A stretch of DNA of 64,000 nt, taken from positions 104,410,001-104,474,000 of the forward strand of contig CM059432.1 in the NCBI GenBank assembly GCA_030390025.1, given 5' to 3'. Position numbers and translations under genes: made by a program. The DNA is from Squalus acanthias. Taxonomy: Eukaryota. The notes beneath the pieces were generated by a model. It was not told the DNA's origin, searched no databases, and was given only the letters and a program-made list of their open reading frames with translations. Positions 1 to 12,365 of the stretch are shown piece by piece. Every line of letters starts with the position of its first letter. Within the stretch, counting starts at the first letter, position 1.

Positions 1-655
1 GAAAAAGTTAGTGCCTCTCTGCGGTAAATTCAGTAGTAGTGCCCCAAGCAGGAGGAGGGGCGCTACTGGAAAGCACTCCACCTCCTGCTTGGGGCGCTAC
101 TATTGAATTTTGCAGCGCTACGTGCAGCAGCGCCACATAGCACCACGTCATTGCAGGCCTCCTCCCCTGATTAAAGGGGCGTTGCCTAGCGCTGCGTGCA
201 CCGCGGCCCAGCTGGACCACCAGGGAGTGGGGTGCCGTGAAAACAGCCCGGCACTTGAACGATCGTGGCCGGCACCCCAAATACAAAAGTGAAAGGGGGC
301 AGGTGCTGCCAGTCGGTCAAAATAAAAATGGCCACCCAACACCTGCCCCTTTAACTTGCGCCGCTGCCGCTACAAAACCGCCCCCTGATCCTGTCGCACA
401 TATCGTCCGGCGATAGGTCAGGGGCGCAAGGGAAGTTTGCGGCCCGGCCGCAAGTGGGGCACTGTGCACGGTGATGACGTCATCGCCGGCAGCGCAGTGC
501 CACGGGGCACTACTGGCCACTGCTGCCTCTAACCTCTCGCTGAAGTTCACGGGAGGTGTTAGCGGTGCCGCGCCTGGGCGTTAGAGGATTTGTGCCCTGG
601 GGGCTCCCCCTGGGGGCGCTAACGAGAGGTGCAAACCAACCCAATTTTTCCCCGC
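1..655. mobile_element. GC-rich non-autonomous DNA transposon/MITE-like element, left end outside the window
   Basis: Contains internal inverted repeats (ccccaagcaggagg 42-55 pairs with cctcctgcttgggg near 81-94) and ends in ccaatttttccc, resembling the Harbinger-type termini elsewhere in the window. No credible ORF. Confidence 0.4.
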
Positions 656-1269
656 GTTTTGTGAATAGAGAACTGTAGTGGTACCGATGACCATGAAATG
701 CAATATTGGGCCTGCATTTGCTGGAAACTTGCACCATAGTAATTACACATTAACGGCCTCCGCCATTATTAATATGTAAATGTTCCTGGAAATAATGGAC
801 TAAGTGAGTTATGCCATTATTTACACTGCAGCATAATTTGCTGGTACATTTGCACCACTCCGCCGATGGTCTCTCCTAAGCCAATAAAATCTCATGCTCA
901 CTGCTCAGCCTGCCATTGCAGTCAATGATGATCGCCAATTTGCTGCAATTTGTGCCGCAGCCACTTAGACTAAAAACTAACAGCGTGGGTATTGATGTGA
1001 TTTATGGCCCTCACATGACTTTCAGTCTGGGAGGACAACAAAGGCACCATTGGAATTGTGGAGCCTCACCCCAGCAGTCTGGAAATTGTTCTCAGAGTTT
1101 ACTTTTTCTAATTAACTCGGGTTGGTGCTCTTTTCTGGCCAGTTTTGCCATCCAGAGTCCTGTGAGTGTCTGAAGGCAATTCATTTCAGGACTCCCAGCT
1201 TTTTCTACATGTGTGTAAGGAAGGTGAAAGCACTGAAATGTCCCATCCACTTGGCATTCCCTGTTCTTG

Positions 1270-1750
1270 ACTAGCACGGACAACCTGAAGGAGAGGCAGA
1301 AGGTGCAGGCGCGTCACTTGAGACAACATGGCCGGAATTTGAACCAATCTAGCTACTACCCCACCCCCAGAGAGTGCTCAGGGAATGAATGTCATTTGAA
1401 GCACTGCAAGAGGAGCTGTGTGTGCAGACTGCGCTTCACCAAGGAAGCAATTGGCCACCCATGTGAGATATAACTGTGGACACGCCACGGCCTGACCATC
1501 GGGGTGCTTAAAGCACTCTTCTGGTGCCTGAACAGGTTGGAGGGGGGGTTGTCTTACAGTGTGCCCCTGATAAAGTGGAAAAGAGTGTAGTGGTCTGCGG
1601 CACACAGCAGGATGGATTCACCCTTCAGTTACAGACACGTTGCCCTTGGAACCGAACCCAACCCTCATGTCCCTGGACCCATGGGTGGTGGCCTCCCAGA
1701 GCAGGGCACGGTGCCAGCGGCCAGAGAGCAGCTCAGGTGTTTGGACAATT
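1270..1750 (+). pseudogene. Degraded PIF/Harbinger transposase fragment
   Basis: agactgcgcttcaccaaggaag (RLRFTKE) and the 1490-1620 segment resemble the transposase copies at 33.5-34.5 kb and 56.5-57.6 kb. Confidence 0.45.
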
Positions 1751-1752
1751 AA

Positions 1753-2036
1753 CCCCCCCCCCAGTCCTCACCCCCCCCAGTCCTCACCCCCCCCAGTCCT
1801 CACCCCCCCAGTCCTCACCCCCCCAGTCCTCACCCCCCCCCAGTCCTCACCCCCCCAGTCCTCACCCCCCCCAGTCCTCACACCCCCCCCCCAGTCCTCA
1901 CCCCCCCAGTCCTCACCCCCCCAGTCCTCACCCCCCAAGTCCTCACCCCCCCCAGTCCTCACCCCCCCAGTCCTCACCCCCCAAGTCCTCACACACCCTC
2001 CAGTCCCCCCCCCAGTCCTCACCCCACCCCCCTCCC
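1753..2036. repeat. C-rich minisatellite, about 15-bp unit (CCCCCCAGTCCTCAC)n
   Basis: Directly visible tandem array with variable C-run length. Confidence 0.95.
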
Positions 2037-3361
2037 CGAAGTTCCACCAGCAGACTGGAGGTGGATCAGGAAGTCTGGAACCATTTTTCCCTGGAATGAT
2101 CCCCGTGGTAACACAAACACAAATAAAGGACGGGCAAGATTTAAACAATTGAACTTTTATTCAGTGCAACAACGGGCAACAAATAATATCAGTGTAAAAG
2201 CAGATGAGGAAAAAAAGTAGTAACCTCTCATTAAACGCCAGCAGAGTGAAATCAGTGGGAAAACGGCGAGGAATGCAGTGGATTCCTTTGTTGTGCAGAT
2301 GAAATAAGGATATTGTTCCCAGACTGAACTGGCACACGCTTGTGGCACACCCCAGGGACTGGCAGTTTCTATTCTCTGCCGGTTACACTCTGCACGCCTG
2401 CCTGTGCGCATCAGCGACTGACTAAAGATTAACAGCACCAAGCAAAGCGAGCTGGACATTTCACTGGGGTGTGCCAGACTTTCTCACCGTTACTGGAGAG
2501 AAAAAAATCAAGAGCTAGAAACAATTTCTAAAATTGAACTACCAGCTCAAATAGCAACACTCAAGTAAAAACACTTTAACTGAACCCTGCTTTGAATTAG
2601 AACCACTAAGTTGCCTCTCCCAGGAACAGGATCGTCTCGAAACTCGTCATGCTGCCGCTCTGAGACTTAAATGTTTCGCTGGATAATTCCATTGATGGTT
2701 TGATCTAGAGAGGGCGGCTGTATTTGTGATGTACGGTGTTACTCGAACCGATCCGTGCCACACTTCTCAGTGTTTCCCAATGCATAGTTTACAGCTACAA
2801 TGGGCTCTTGTGTCTGTATCTTCTGGTCGGGAGCAGCAGTAACTGGAATGGGGGATGCGATGTCTTCTCACTCTCAATTATGTGCAAGCGTTGCCTGTTC
2901 ATTGACATGCGGTCCCATTCGCTGGAGCGGCGACAAGCCCACTCTCTCCCTCCCCCTCGCTCTCTCGATTTGAACCTGCCAACTTTTTTCTTTGGCGAGT
3001 GCAGCGGACCATCTCGGCGGCGAGTACAATAGGCTTTGTCCCCCTCTCTCCCTCGGAGCTTTCCATAGTCCCAGTTACAAAGCGGATTGGTACAGTGGAG
3101 CGGAACGAGCTCAGCTTCCCCTCTCTGGGTGCAAACCCACTGCTCTTATCGGGAGCTACCAAGAGTTAAAAGCTGGGACTGAACAATCTTGGCATCGGGG
3201 AATACCCCGCAGAGACTTGCAAATCGAGTCAAATACAATGCTGCATCTGGAAGCGGGTGGGCTTATTCCTTGACTGGGTTGTAAAACTATCTGTTTAGAA
3301 GCTCCCCACCGTTGTGCATGAGCAGTACTGTGAAGAGTCCACGCCCGCCAGTCTATCAAGG

Positions 3362-4398
3362 ATGAGCAATGACAGCCAGTACGAGGACACTGTCTCCAGC
3401 ATGGTGTTGGAGAATATCAAGCACAGGCTGCGGAGCGCCTTCCGGGGCCCCTCGGCACCGTGCGAGAAGCCCGAGTCCTGGACTCTGAGCAGGAATCCCC
3501 GGGCCGACCAGGAGCTCCGCAGAGCCAAGATCGACGGGGCCATCACTTGGCTCCGAACGGAACTGGTGAGGAAAAGCTGCAGCCTTTTAACCCTCAACTC
3601 TTCCCCAAACCATGACTCGAATTGAACCCCATCTCCCTGTGGTCACGGTTTCGCCGCTCCCTGTATTGCCGTGCTGGGATCCCACTGCTCGTGTTGGTGC
3701 CCCCACCCCTCACCCCCTCCCTCTGGAGATTTACCAACTGTTGGGGAGCCGGGCAAACAAACGGGCAAGTGCGCGTACCCAGCCCGCTCGCCACCGACTC
3801 CTGTACTAGCTGCAAGGAAGCTGAGCAACTAGCTTCCTGCAACTTTCCTCTAGAATTCTTTTAACTAAAGCAGAGCCTTTCCCCGGCTTCTTTTGTTCAA
3901 AATAGTCACCTTTTCTCTAACTGGATAAAGGGGTTTGTTGCGCTAGTTGTGTGACTGGTGATTTGGGGAAGATGCAGCCTGGTGTTAATGGGGGTGGGCG
4001 ATCGAGGCTGATGATGAGGGTGATCATTTTGTGATTTTTCAAACAAGATTCACAGTGAAGAGACACCTCGAATAGATGTAATGCCTGTCTGTCCCAAGGA
4101 AAAGTCCAATCATTTGAATATTAATGGTCAGCATATGCAGATTTTTCAGAAGTGGCTGTCTCCCCTCTTTGATTTGCAGTTGGAGATGCGGTCCCAGGAT
4201 CGGCAGCTCGCCAAAACCTTGTTGGAGTTAAACAGCGAAATTCAAAAGCTAAGGAGTGAACACGAATTGTCCAAGAATTCGGGCAGCAGATCGCCAGCAG
4301 GGGTCCGGGATCGTGAACTTCAAACCTCTGGGCAACAAGACAAGGGCGCAGAGTCGGAAAGCTCTGCCGTCAGAAGAGCAGAAAGAAAACTGGTTTAA
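3362..4398 (+). CDS. AARD: AARD-like (FAM167 family) protein, two coding exons: 3362-3565 and 4180-4398
   Basis: Exon 1 reads MSNDSQYEDTVSSMVLENIKHRLRSAF...KIDGAITWLRTEL. A phase-0 intron runs from GTGAG (3566) to TTTGCAG (4179). Exon 2 reads LEMRSQDRQLAKTLLELNSEIQKLRSEHEL...TAA. The spliced WLRTEL|LEMRSQDRQLAKTLLELN matches the FAM167/AARD coiled-coil motif as I recall it. The start codon is uncertain because the frame is also open upstream of 3362. Confidence 0.75.
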
Positions 4399-5222
4399 GG
4401 TTGAGGAGTATTTCACACCGAATTAACACAGCGCACAGTCAGAATCAATCGCATATCACAAAGACCAATGTGATGAAAACCCAACAATACGGTCGGACTT
4501 TGCCTTATTAATAGACGAGTTGTAGTGGAAGGTGATATTGTAACTAATATAAACACGTTAGGTCGAATTAAATAACTTCAATACATTATTTTTGTGGCAT
4601 TGCAAATGTATCTTATATGTTCAGCACAAAAGAAGGTAAGCGATGCAACAACTAGGTTAAACAAAATGCACCGATTTTCTCTCTCTCGCTCGCATACTTT
4701 GCCTTGTTACACAGGCTTGGGGCAGGCTGAGCTCGCAGATGCTTAACGTTGCGAGCCTGCACGGACCTTCCCAGACAAAATGGGAAATGACGGCGTCAGT
4801 TGCATCCTGTGCAGATCTGGTGCAGCTTTCGGTAACCCCAGTGTCAGCCTGCCAGGTTCGCTGAATTTGCACCTGTTCATATTGTGTTGCCATATCCAAT
4901 CAGCAAATAATAACAAGAACTGCCACTGTTGGAGGCAGTGCACAGCCACGGCATTGTTTACAGAAGGCACTGCTGTCCGTGTCACCAATGCCAATTCTAA
5001 GCAGCATTGGCATAAGTGGCAGAGGTGGACAGAAACTTGCCTGCGTTCAGGATTTTGCAGCAAAGTGATTTTGCTGCCATTCACTTTTATGCACAGTTCG
5101 TGAAGGAACCCGTACTCAAGAAAATAGGAACGAAAATTTAAGTAAGAAAAACAGCGCATGCTCAGGAGCAACCATATTTTTTTGGGTCACCTGTTCCCAT
5201 CTTGGCGCCTGCCTATAAATGG

Positions 5223-5652
5223 AACATAGAAACATAGAATCTAGGAGCAGGAGTAGGCCATTCGGCCCGTCGAGCCTACACCACCATTCAATACGATCAT
5301 GGCTGATCATTCAAATCCAGTACCCTGTCCCTGCTTTAATCCCCACAGTACACATAACCCAGCCTACCCCCGTAACCCCACGTATTTAATTCCCCCTAAC
5401 ATATCCCATCCTATCCCCATAACCCCACATATTTAATCCCCCCCTAACACTAAGGGTCAATTTATCATAGCCAAATCAACCTAACCCGCACATTTTTGGA
5501 CAGTGGGAGGAAACCGGAGCACCCGGAGGAAACCCACGCAGACACGGGGAGAATGTGCAAACTCCACACAGACAGTCACCTGAGGTCAGATTCGAACCCG
5601 GGTCTCTGGCGCTGTGAGGCACCAGTGCTAACCACTATGCCACCGTGTTGCC
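5223..5652 (-). mobile_element. tRNA-derived SINE with V-SINE core and CR1-derived tail (HE1-like)
   Basis: Minus strand shows box A (GGTGGCATAGTGG), box B (GGTTCGAATC), the V-core GTGTGGAGTTTGCACATTCTCCCCGTGTCTGCGTGGGTTTCC, and a 3' tail matching the CR1 3' end with (TTCTATGT)n. Confidence 0.85.
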
Positions 5653-6289
5653 ATCTGGGAGCTAGCACAGAAGCACTGCAGGAAATGGTTCAGCAATGTA
5701 CATAATCCATTATGCTGTACTTTTGATACTGGTGTCATGCTCTTGAGTGTTGAACCAATGACAAAAGTATCTATCTGTAAAAACCTTACACTTCCTGTTA
5801 ACTCTCCATTATAAATTCCTATTCCTGTGTTTATAATGGAAACTGCCTATGTAAACTTGCCACACTGTAATTACACCCTCCCCTCAATGGAGGTGCTGCA
5901 GCACTACCACTACACTTGGTCTAGACTCATGTGCAATGCCATGGGAGCTCAACTTGTAATTACTAAAAATCTTGCGTATGGTGCACGCTCTATTGTAACC
6001 TCTTATGTAAACATTTCCAAAGGGAATTCCAATTTAAAAATGTCAGCATTTTCTTACTCCATTTACCTGTGACGATTATCTGAATATCACAAGGTAGTGA
6101 TAGCGAATTGGCAGTCTGTTTTACACCCTGTGTCTTTTCTGTTGATATCAATGGAAAGGAAAATCAGCCAATTTTAAAACAGGCTGTTGATTCACTATCC
6201 ATAATATAAAATTAAAAGCATGGAGATGCCTAGTTTTATTTCTAAAATGCTGTAACATAGAAGAATTTGATTCCATTTTTCATCCGGAC

Positions 6290-6475
6290 TTAAAAGTGAA
6301 AACTACCTCAAAAGAGTGATCAATTTGTGGAATAAACTTCCAGATAGAGTAGTGGAGGCAAAAGCCCTGGAATCATTTAAGAAACAATTGGATGCTTCAT
6401 TAAGAAGTCCCTGGATGTAGTAATTAAGATGGGCTCAATGGCCTTCCTCATCTGTAAGTATCTTGTGACCTTGTG
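6290..6475 (+). mobile_element. Old CR1 3' fragment
   Basis: agagtgatcaatttgtggaataaacttcc...tcatttaagaaacaattggat encodes the RVINLWNKLP...SFKKQLD-type CR1 ORF2 C-terminus. Confidence 0.55.
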
Positions 6476-9034
6476 AAAAAAATATTTGAGAATGTTGGTG
6501 AAATGCGCTAGGTTTCAATTTCTCTTTTACCCACTCATTTATTTATTTTCCTCCACATTATCTTGTTTGCTCTTCACCATGCACCATTTCTCAATCAAGA
6601 GGGCAGGCAACATGTCTGACCAGATTTCTACCAATGTCACTCAATCCCACCACTGGCAGGTATGTGAAATGACCTGGGTGACTCACTGTTCTCATATTCC
6701 CCTTCCTCCCTGTGGTGAATAAGTAATGGTTCTTTACGACATGACTTCCCCTGGTGACAGAAGGAATAACAATTACTCACATATATAAGCCTTACTTTGT
6801 CCTACATCAACTTCCCTTTAATAATAAAAACCGAAAACGCTGGAAATACTCAGCAGGTCAGGCAGCATCTGTGGAGAGAGAAACAGAGTTCACATCTCAG
6901 GTCAGAACTTCCCTTTAATGTTGCAGTCTACTGAGTGAAAAACAGAATCAAATTCTTCTATGTTACAGCATTTTAGAAATAAAACTAGGGATCTTCAGGC
7001 TTTTAATGTTATATTATAGAATTTTCTACAGCATCTTGCTGTCACTTTCGATTTCAGACAACAGTGCTAATCCTGAAGCTACAAATGTCTTATAACAGAT
7101 TGTCAAAGTTATGCCAGAAATATTTGCAATTGCAATTTGTTGTAGTTCTTGGAGTCTCACAGAGAACAGAAAGCTATTGCTGAGAATAATTCAACTCCAA
7201 AAATGCTATATATGATGCTGCGAATGAATCAATGTATGGAAAATGATTTCTAGATCAGCTTGGTTCAGTTGGTAGCACTCTCACCAATAAGTCAGAAGGT
7301 TGTGAGCTCAATCCTCAGTACAGACTTGAGCACATCATTTTGGCTGATGTTTCAGTGCAATCTGAGCAAGCACTTTATTGTTTTAAAAGAGTCAGTAAAA
7401 AGGAGGGGTTTAGCTGATTTTAGGATGTTGGTAGAGGGTTTACAATTGGCCTCAGCAACCTTAGGTAAGGGAGGGGAAATTGAGCAAGAATCTTGCTATT
7501 GAGAAAGGCTTGCTGGAAATGCTCATGTGGATCTCAGATAAGGACAGGATCAGGCTCAGCTGTGATGTTCATTGTGGTAAAATAGCCTGCTGAAAATCAC
7601 TGTCTAGACTCACTTATGTAGAATGGCAATGGGTGAGTTGCTGGAGGACAGACAGCATCTATGGAATTGTATGTCAGCAAGGAGGTAATTGTTTCAAGAG
7701 AGGAGGAAATTGGAGGAAGAGAAAATTGTTAAAAAGCAGGAAGGTTAAAAAAATACAGCCTACCATTCTGTGACATGGAGTTTGGTTCTCCAGAATATTA
7801 TGCCACAATTTACCAGTTTTCTTTGCAATTATTCAAAGCCAACCCCAATTCTGTCCTCACCTAACATTCACACACATGAACTTCAGTGTAATAGTCAGTG
7901 AGCAATAATCAGAAGCATCAACCGTGGCTGATTTTCTCCCTCCTTAGGCAAGGGACACTCAGGCTAATTGTAGTGTCCCACCTCTCTCCCAGCAAAGATC
8001 AGCTAAATCAATACAGATGAAACATGGGGTCTTCCTAGTCTGGGTCAATACCACACACAGGTAATACTAACCGAACATCAGTGAAGCTCACTCCTTGATT
8101 TTCTTTGACATTTAATGGATATTGTTTTTAGACCTCTGAGGAGAGGACTTTTAATTCAACCATTTTTTAATAAAGAGTCATACTTTGCAGAAATTTGATA
8201 CAATGTTGAAGGCATTACAAATATAACTGGGTAGGTTAAATATGCCCAATATAATGTATTTCTGAACTTGTATAAATATCCAGATTGAATTTTTGGGAAT
8301 TAATATTTCTGTTCCAGGGTCACAGGGCAATTTTAAGAACTGACACACAAAATGGAAGGTGCGATATTAGCTTAATAATTGCTGCACTTGTATAATAAAT
8401 GTGTAGCTATGGTATTAATTCTGTATTGCAACAAATGCCATTCACTTAATGATCTATAACATTTCTCACTCGTTTACTAATTATGTGTGACCATATTTTC
8501 CAGTGGAAATAATGTGTGACAACCATTGAGAGTGTGTAAACAATAATAGGAAAGTGGGTAGAAAGTGGTAATGGCAATTTATGCTGTTATTACTACTATT
8601 CTGAATTTTCCACCCATTCTTAAAAGTGCATGCTAACAGAAAAAAAGACATTTTGCTTCTTAAAGCCTTGTTAATGAGCTTTGTGGGAGAATGATGAGGG
8701 AGTTTTCTATTCATTTACAGAATTACAGTTAGTTTGATGATGAGTCACCAAAATATTGAAATAGCTCAAGTGAATGCTCAGGTGCCTGGAAAGGGTCTAG
8801 CAGTTACAGTTCCCAACATCCTGTGTGCAACTAAAATATACTGACTGAGGGAAGCGCTACAAAGAACTGATGTCTGCAACTCTAGCTGCCTGAAGCAAGA
8901 CAGTAAGAACATTTTCACTAATTGAGGATTACGTTAATAGAAGTAATCCCAAATGTTGTTGTGGTGTCTGTTTTTATGTGATTGTGATGCCTCATCTTTA
9001 AGTGAATGGAGCCAGAGCTTGTTCTTGTTCTTGT

Positions 9035-9349
9035 ACATAAATTTAAAACAGAAATAGACAGTTTCCTAGAAGTAAAGGGAATTAAGGGTTACGGGGAGCG
9101 GGTAGGAATTTGGACATGAGTCTAGGTTCGGATTGGTCATGGCCCTGTGGGTAGCGTAGCGGGCCCAGGGAAGTGTAGCCTGATCCTGCTCCTATTTCCT
9201 GTGTCCAATTCTGTTAGGTTCAGGAGATGGTTCTGTGATAGTAGATTGGCGGTTAGGATCAGATCAGCCATGATCTTATTGAATGGCGGAGCAGGCTCGA
9301 GGGGCCAATTGGCCTACTCCTGCTCCTATTTCTTATGTTCTTATGTTCT
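9035..9349 (+). mobile_element. CR1 3' end fragment
   Basis: FKTEIDSFLEVKGIKGYGE-coding stretch followed by the conserved tail gaatggcggagcaggctcgagggg...cctactcctgctcc and (ttcttatg)n. Confidence 0.8.
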
Positions 9350-11449
9350 TTGATAAGGGGGACTTGTACTGGAACTCTAACTCGGTGAGAAGAGAAGCAA
9401 AGGAGCTAAAGGGAATCAAAATAACAGATGAGCTCAAAAAGAAAAAGCGAAAAATGATGCAATTCTAAGACTGAAAGTAGGCTGCGAAATAATTAAAAAA
9501 TGAATACACATTGTAATGATAAAAGAGATCTGCTGTACCACAGAGGAAAACAAAATGAAACAGGCATACCAAGTGATGTGAGCGGGCAGGAAAAACAGGG
9601 GAATTAATAAATCAAACATATAGAATAAAATAGTAGTCGAGTAGGATTTTGGGGTTGGCCCTCTTTGTAGATGCTCTGCTTAAAGGAGTACTGCAGAGGG
9701 ATGGCTACAAGCACAGTGAAGGGCTGCATGAGACACAGGAGATGGGAGTGTCCACCACCTTGTCCTTGATTAAATGGCAATTTTCTCTAGAAAAATAGAA
9801 ACAATGACAACATTTATGTCATGCTACTAAACATTTATTCATAAATCCATAATCTGAATCTTGAACTTTCCATCATATATGTCTTCCTGTCCCATAAGAA
9901 AATGGGCTTTGAAAAGTGTATAAACAGGAATATACGGGAATGCCCATTGTGAACTTCATGGTAAGGGCTCCATGACAGAAGGGTGGGAAGCAAAATCTTT
10001 CCCTGTCTGAAACTGCTGAAAAGTGGTTTTCAGAATCCATTCACAGCAGCATAGCTGAGAAAAGATTTTTCTAATCGCTTCATTCAAAGCTAATATTTGC
10101 GACAAAGACTGTGGACATTCAAAGCCTGTGAACTCAAGCCACTTCTGGTCTGACAAGTCATGCAGGTAACTTATCCCTCTTCTCTACTTAACATGTCAGA
10201 TGCAATTCTGGTGTAAATGGAAGAATTTCTGGGACAGCAGCTTTTTCCCTCATTATCCTGCCATGTGCAAACATGCACCACTTTGGGAGTGGGTATATAT
10301 GTTGCCAGCAGCGACTTCCACTAGAATGTACAGTATATTTTAGAGAAGATGTAACTCTGGCATATCTGACTTACACCCCAAATTCTAGTCCCCTTGCACC
10401 AGAAAAAAAAATCTGAATTTCCGGCCACCTCCATTACTAAAAGTAGAAATATAACCAATTATGTATTTGTTTATTCTTACAAAAATAATTAAATATACTT
10501 TAGCTAACTTACTTAATTCCTTTACATTTTGTTGTGAATATCACAATCTGAAATCAAACTGATATGCGATAATACATCTTCAGAGTGTTGTCTTCAACCC
10601 CAAGGTCACAGCAAAAATACACAGACTTTAGACATTGTGCCTAAACCATCACACTGTAGGTTTTGTACACAACCAATCACACTGAAGACCATAAATAACA
10701 AAATTAGCAAATATTCCACAACTTTACAGAAGAACCTCTCTATTCAACAAATAAAGATTCTTCCTTTTGTACTCTCAGATCATTTTTACATCTTTTCCCT
10801 CGTCCCTCCACAACATGATTTGTGTAAAATCACTGCACAATTCTGTTTTGCTTTTTTGGTTCCCCTAATGCTTTTAAATCTGAGTTTTTAGCATCAAATA
10901 TATCCGATTGTATTAATAGTTAAAAAGCAAGCATTCTGTCATGCAAATAACTTAAAGTCAAACAATGTTAGTGATTTACTTCTAATATAAGAACAAAAGT
11001 AGATTGGCTACATTATTCAATCATTCCAGCATTTTCTCAAATACTAATCAGGATGGACATATTCACACACATGCACCCTTCCTAATTGGCTGAATTTTAT
11101 ACAGAGTTGAGGTGAATGAGACCCAATTGAGGGTACGATAACGAGCTGCTGTAACTTGTGATGGAATGTCATTCAATTGCCCCTTTCAGTGTGTCAGTAC
11201 AAATATAGAGTTCTCTTCTATATCAGCCTGAGCAGTGTTGTTTTTAAGCAACAAAGGACCAGGATACCAAGGTAGCAGTTAATACATTAGCTGAAGCTGA
11301 GCAAATAGTAAAATAGACTCTACCGGCACAGTATCAGACAACTGAGAACAGCAGGCTGACCGTCAATCATTATTACAATTTCTGTGCCAATGCTCACTTG
11401 CCCTGTCCTATTGAGGTACAGTCCTGCTACGAAAAACTATAATAAGAAT

Positions 11450-12365
11450 AAAACTGGACGGACCACCCGGCATCAACCTAGGCACCGGATTCGGACACAA
11501 CAAAGGCACACCAAGCCCAGTCGACGCTGCAAAGTCCTCATCAACATCTTGGGACCAATGTTCCTGTTAAGCTGCGGTCTGGAGGTTCCGTGTAGTCGGT
11601 TCACCAGCTTTTAAATGGAAAAAACGCACATGCGCGGAAATTTGAATGGGCCACGCAGCCCGTTAAAGGGGCCCAAAAAAAATTAGAGGGAACACTGCTG
11701 GGGATTTGTGCCAAAATTGGAAGACTTGTGCCAAAATTGGGAGAGCTGTCCCACAGACTATTCAAGTAACAGCTTGAAATAGCCATACTCACAGAAGCAT
11801 ACCTTTCAGCCAACATCCCAGACTCCTCCATCATCATCCCTGGGTATGTCCTGTCCCACTGGCAGGACAGACCCACCAGAAGTGGCAGCACTGTGGTATA
11901 CAGTCGGGAGGGAGTGGCCCTGGGAGTCCTCAACATTGTCTCATGGCATCAGGTCAAACATGGGCAAGGAAACCTCCTGCTGATTACCACCTACCGCCCT
12001 CCCTCAGCTGTTGAATCAGTACTCCTCCATGTTGAATACCACCTGGAAGAAGCATTGCGGGTAGCAAGGGCACAGAATGTACTCTGGGTGGGGGACTTCA
12101 ATGTCCATCACCAAGAGTGGCTTGGTAGCACCACTACTGACCGAGCTGGCCAAGTCCTGAGGACATAGCTGCCATACTGGGCCTGCGGCAGAAGGTGAGA
12201 GAACGAGGGAAAAACCTACTTAACCTTGTCCTCACCAATCCACCTGTCGCAGATGCATCTGTCCATGATAGTATTGGTAGGAGTGATCACTGCACAGTCC
12301 TCATGGAGACGAAGTCCCGTCTTCACACTGAGGACACTCTCCATGGTGGTGTGTGGCACTATCGC
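11450..12365 (+). mobile_element. CR1/L2-group LINE fragment (AP endonuclease region, decayed)
   Basis: Endonuclease motifs TYRPP, WVGDFNVHH and GRSDHCTV appear across frameshifts. Confidence 0.75.
11556..11697. mobile_element. 142-bp hAT-type MITE inserted in the LINE fragment
   Basis: Imperfect terminal inverted repeats CAATGTTCCTGTTAA ... TTAGAGGGAACACTG. The flanking 8-mers CTTGGGAC and CTGGGGAT match at 6/8, consistent with an 8-bp target-site duplication. Confidence 0.65.

Noticed and set aside
1524..2152. Pro/Ser-rich extensin-like ORFs
   Set aside because: They are translations of the C-rich minisatellite, which is open in multiple frames.
5585..5650. tRNA gene
   Set aside because: The A and B boxes belong to the SINE head; there is no complete cloverleaf.
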